Source: Octopus bimaculoides (taxonomy: Eukaryota). From it: a stretch of 64,000 nt of DNA. The translations under genes and the position numbers were made by a program. Each line of letters begins with the position of its first letter. Positions within the stretch are counted from its first letter, which is position 1. The notes below the pieces were generated by a model. It was not told where the DNA came from, did no database searches, and worked only from the letters and a program-made list of their open reading frames with translations. Positions 63,484-64,000 of the stretch are shown here, in pieces. Where the stretch lies: the NCBI RefSeq assembly GCF_001194135.2, contig NC_068985.1, forward strand, positions 39,032,812 to 39,096,811, in the 5' to 3' direction.

Positions 63484-63740
63484 TAAAATTTAAGGTAACC
63501 TTCTCGGATCATACCGCCTCATAAGGGCCGATTTCCCGGTTTCATGGCCTGTATATTCCCAGCCTTGACGGGACGCCGATCCTTCGCAGGGTTATTCATT
63601 TTTGCCTGCTGAGTGGACTGGAGCAACGTGAAATGAAGTGTTTTGCTCAAGAAGATAATGCGTCACCTGGTCCAGGAATCGAAAGCACAATCTTACGATC
63701 ATGAGTCCAACACCCTAATCACTAAGCCACGCGCTTCCAC
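63484..63740 (-). mobile_element. SINE family C variant (C2) with a different 3' tail
   Basis: Head GTGGAAGCGCGTGGCTTAGTGATTAGGGTGTTGGACTCATGATCG, GCTTTCGATTCCTGG, CTTGAGCAAAACACTTCATTTCACGTTGCTCCAGTCCACTCAGC; the tail differs from 60238-60557. Confidence 0.88.
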
Positions 63741-63816
63741 TAAAGTTTACTTCTCGAGTCATGCCGACACACAAAGGTCGGTTTCCTTAGCGTATATAAT
63801 ACCCACGCGCCTCCAC
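63741..63816 (-). mobile_element. Internally deleted C2 copy (13-nt head joined to tail)
   Basis: TAAAGTTTACTTCTCGAGTCATGCCGAC..GGTCGGTTTCC..GCGTATATAATACC|CACGCGCCTCCAC. Confidence 0.6.
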
Positions 63817-64000
63817 AATCTGGGCGGGAATGGACATCATTGTTGTAAGCTTTCACAGTCTGCAACGAGTTGTCAAATCTAGATCTGTTTCCGACATGCT
63901 TGTTCCTTCTGGACATAGTTTCCAAAGCGAATTATAAAATAGATTTCGTTGTCCAAAGTTTACTCCAACTTTTAATGTCTCGTATGTCAGTGAACTAGGT

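Overview
AT-rich, microsatellite-dense animal genomic DNA from a draft short-read assembly, with about 23 N-gaps totalling roughly 9 kb, most bordered by simple repeats. The SINE families and microsatellite load point to a coleoid cephalopod, most likely Octopus (inference). No complete or confidently nameable protein-coding gene, rRNA, true tRNA or CRISPR array is visible. Almost all ORFs in the supplied track are translated microsatellites or N-runs. The window is dominated by three tRNA-derived SINE groups, here called A, B and C. They probably correspond to the published octopus OK/OR1/OR2 families, but I cannot verify which is which. About 17 A copies carry at least three alternative 3' tails and occur as dimers, tandem arrays and an inverted pair. 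Decayed autonomous elements recognised by hand translation are an RTE LINE 3' end (15.3-15.6 kb), a Dong/R4 LINE 3' end inside an (AAC/AAT)n tract (7.5-7.75 kb) and a HERO-type REL-endonuclease LINE (57.5-58.2 kb). Also present are a Tigger/pogo-like MITE, two Penelope-like termini with a hammerhead-like core, Helentron-like remnants, and an interrupted ~197-codon frame with a possible Myb/SANT-like motif. A few short + strand segments with AG/GT boundaries form a phase-compatible chain and may be exons of one large-intron gene; this is unproven. I found no convincing novel multi-gene system. The best leads concern modular and dimeric SINE architecture, microsatellite targeting, and the candidate gene.
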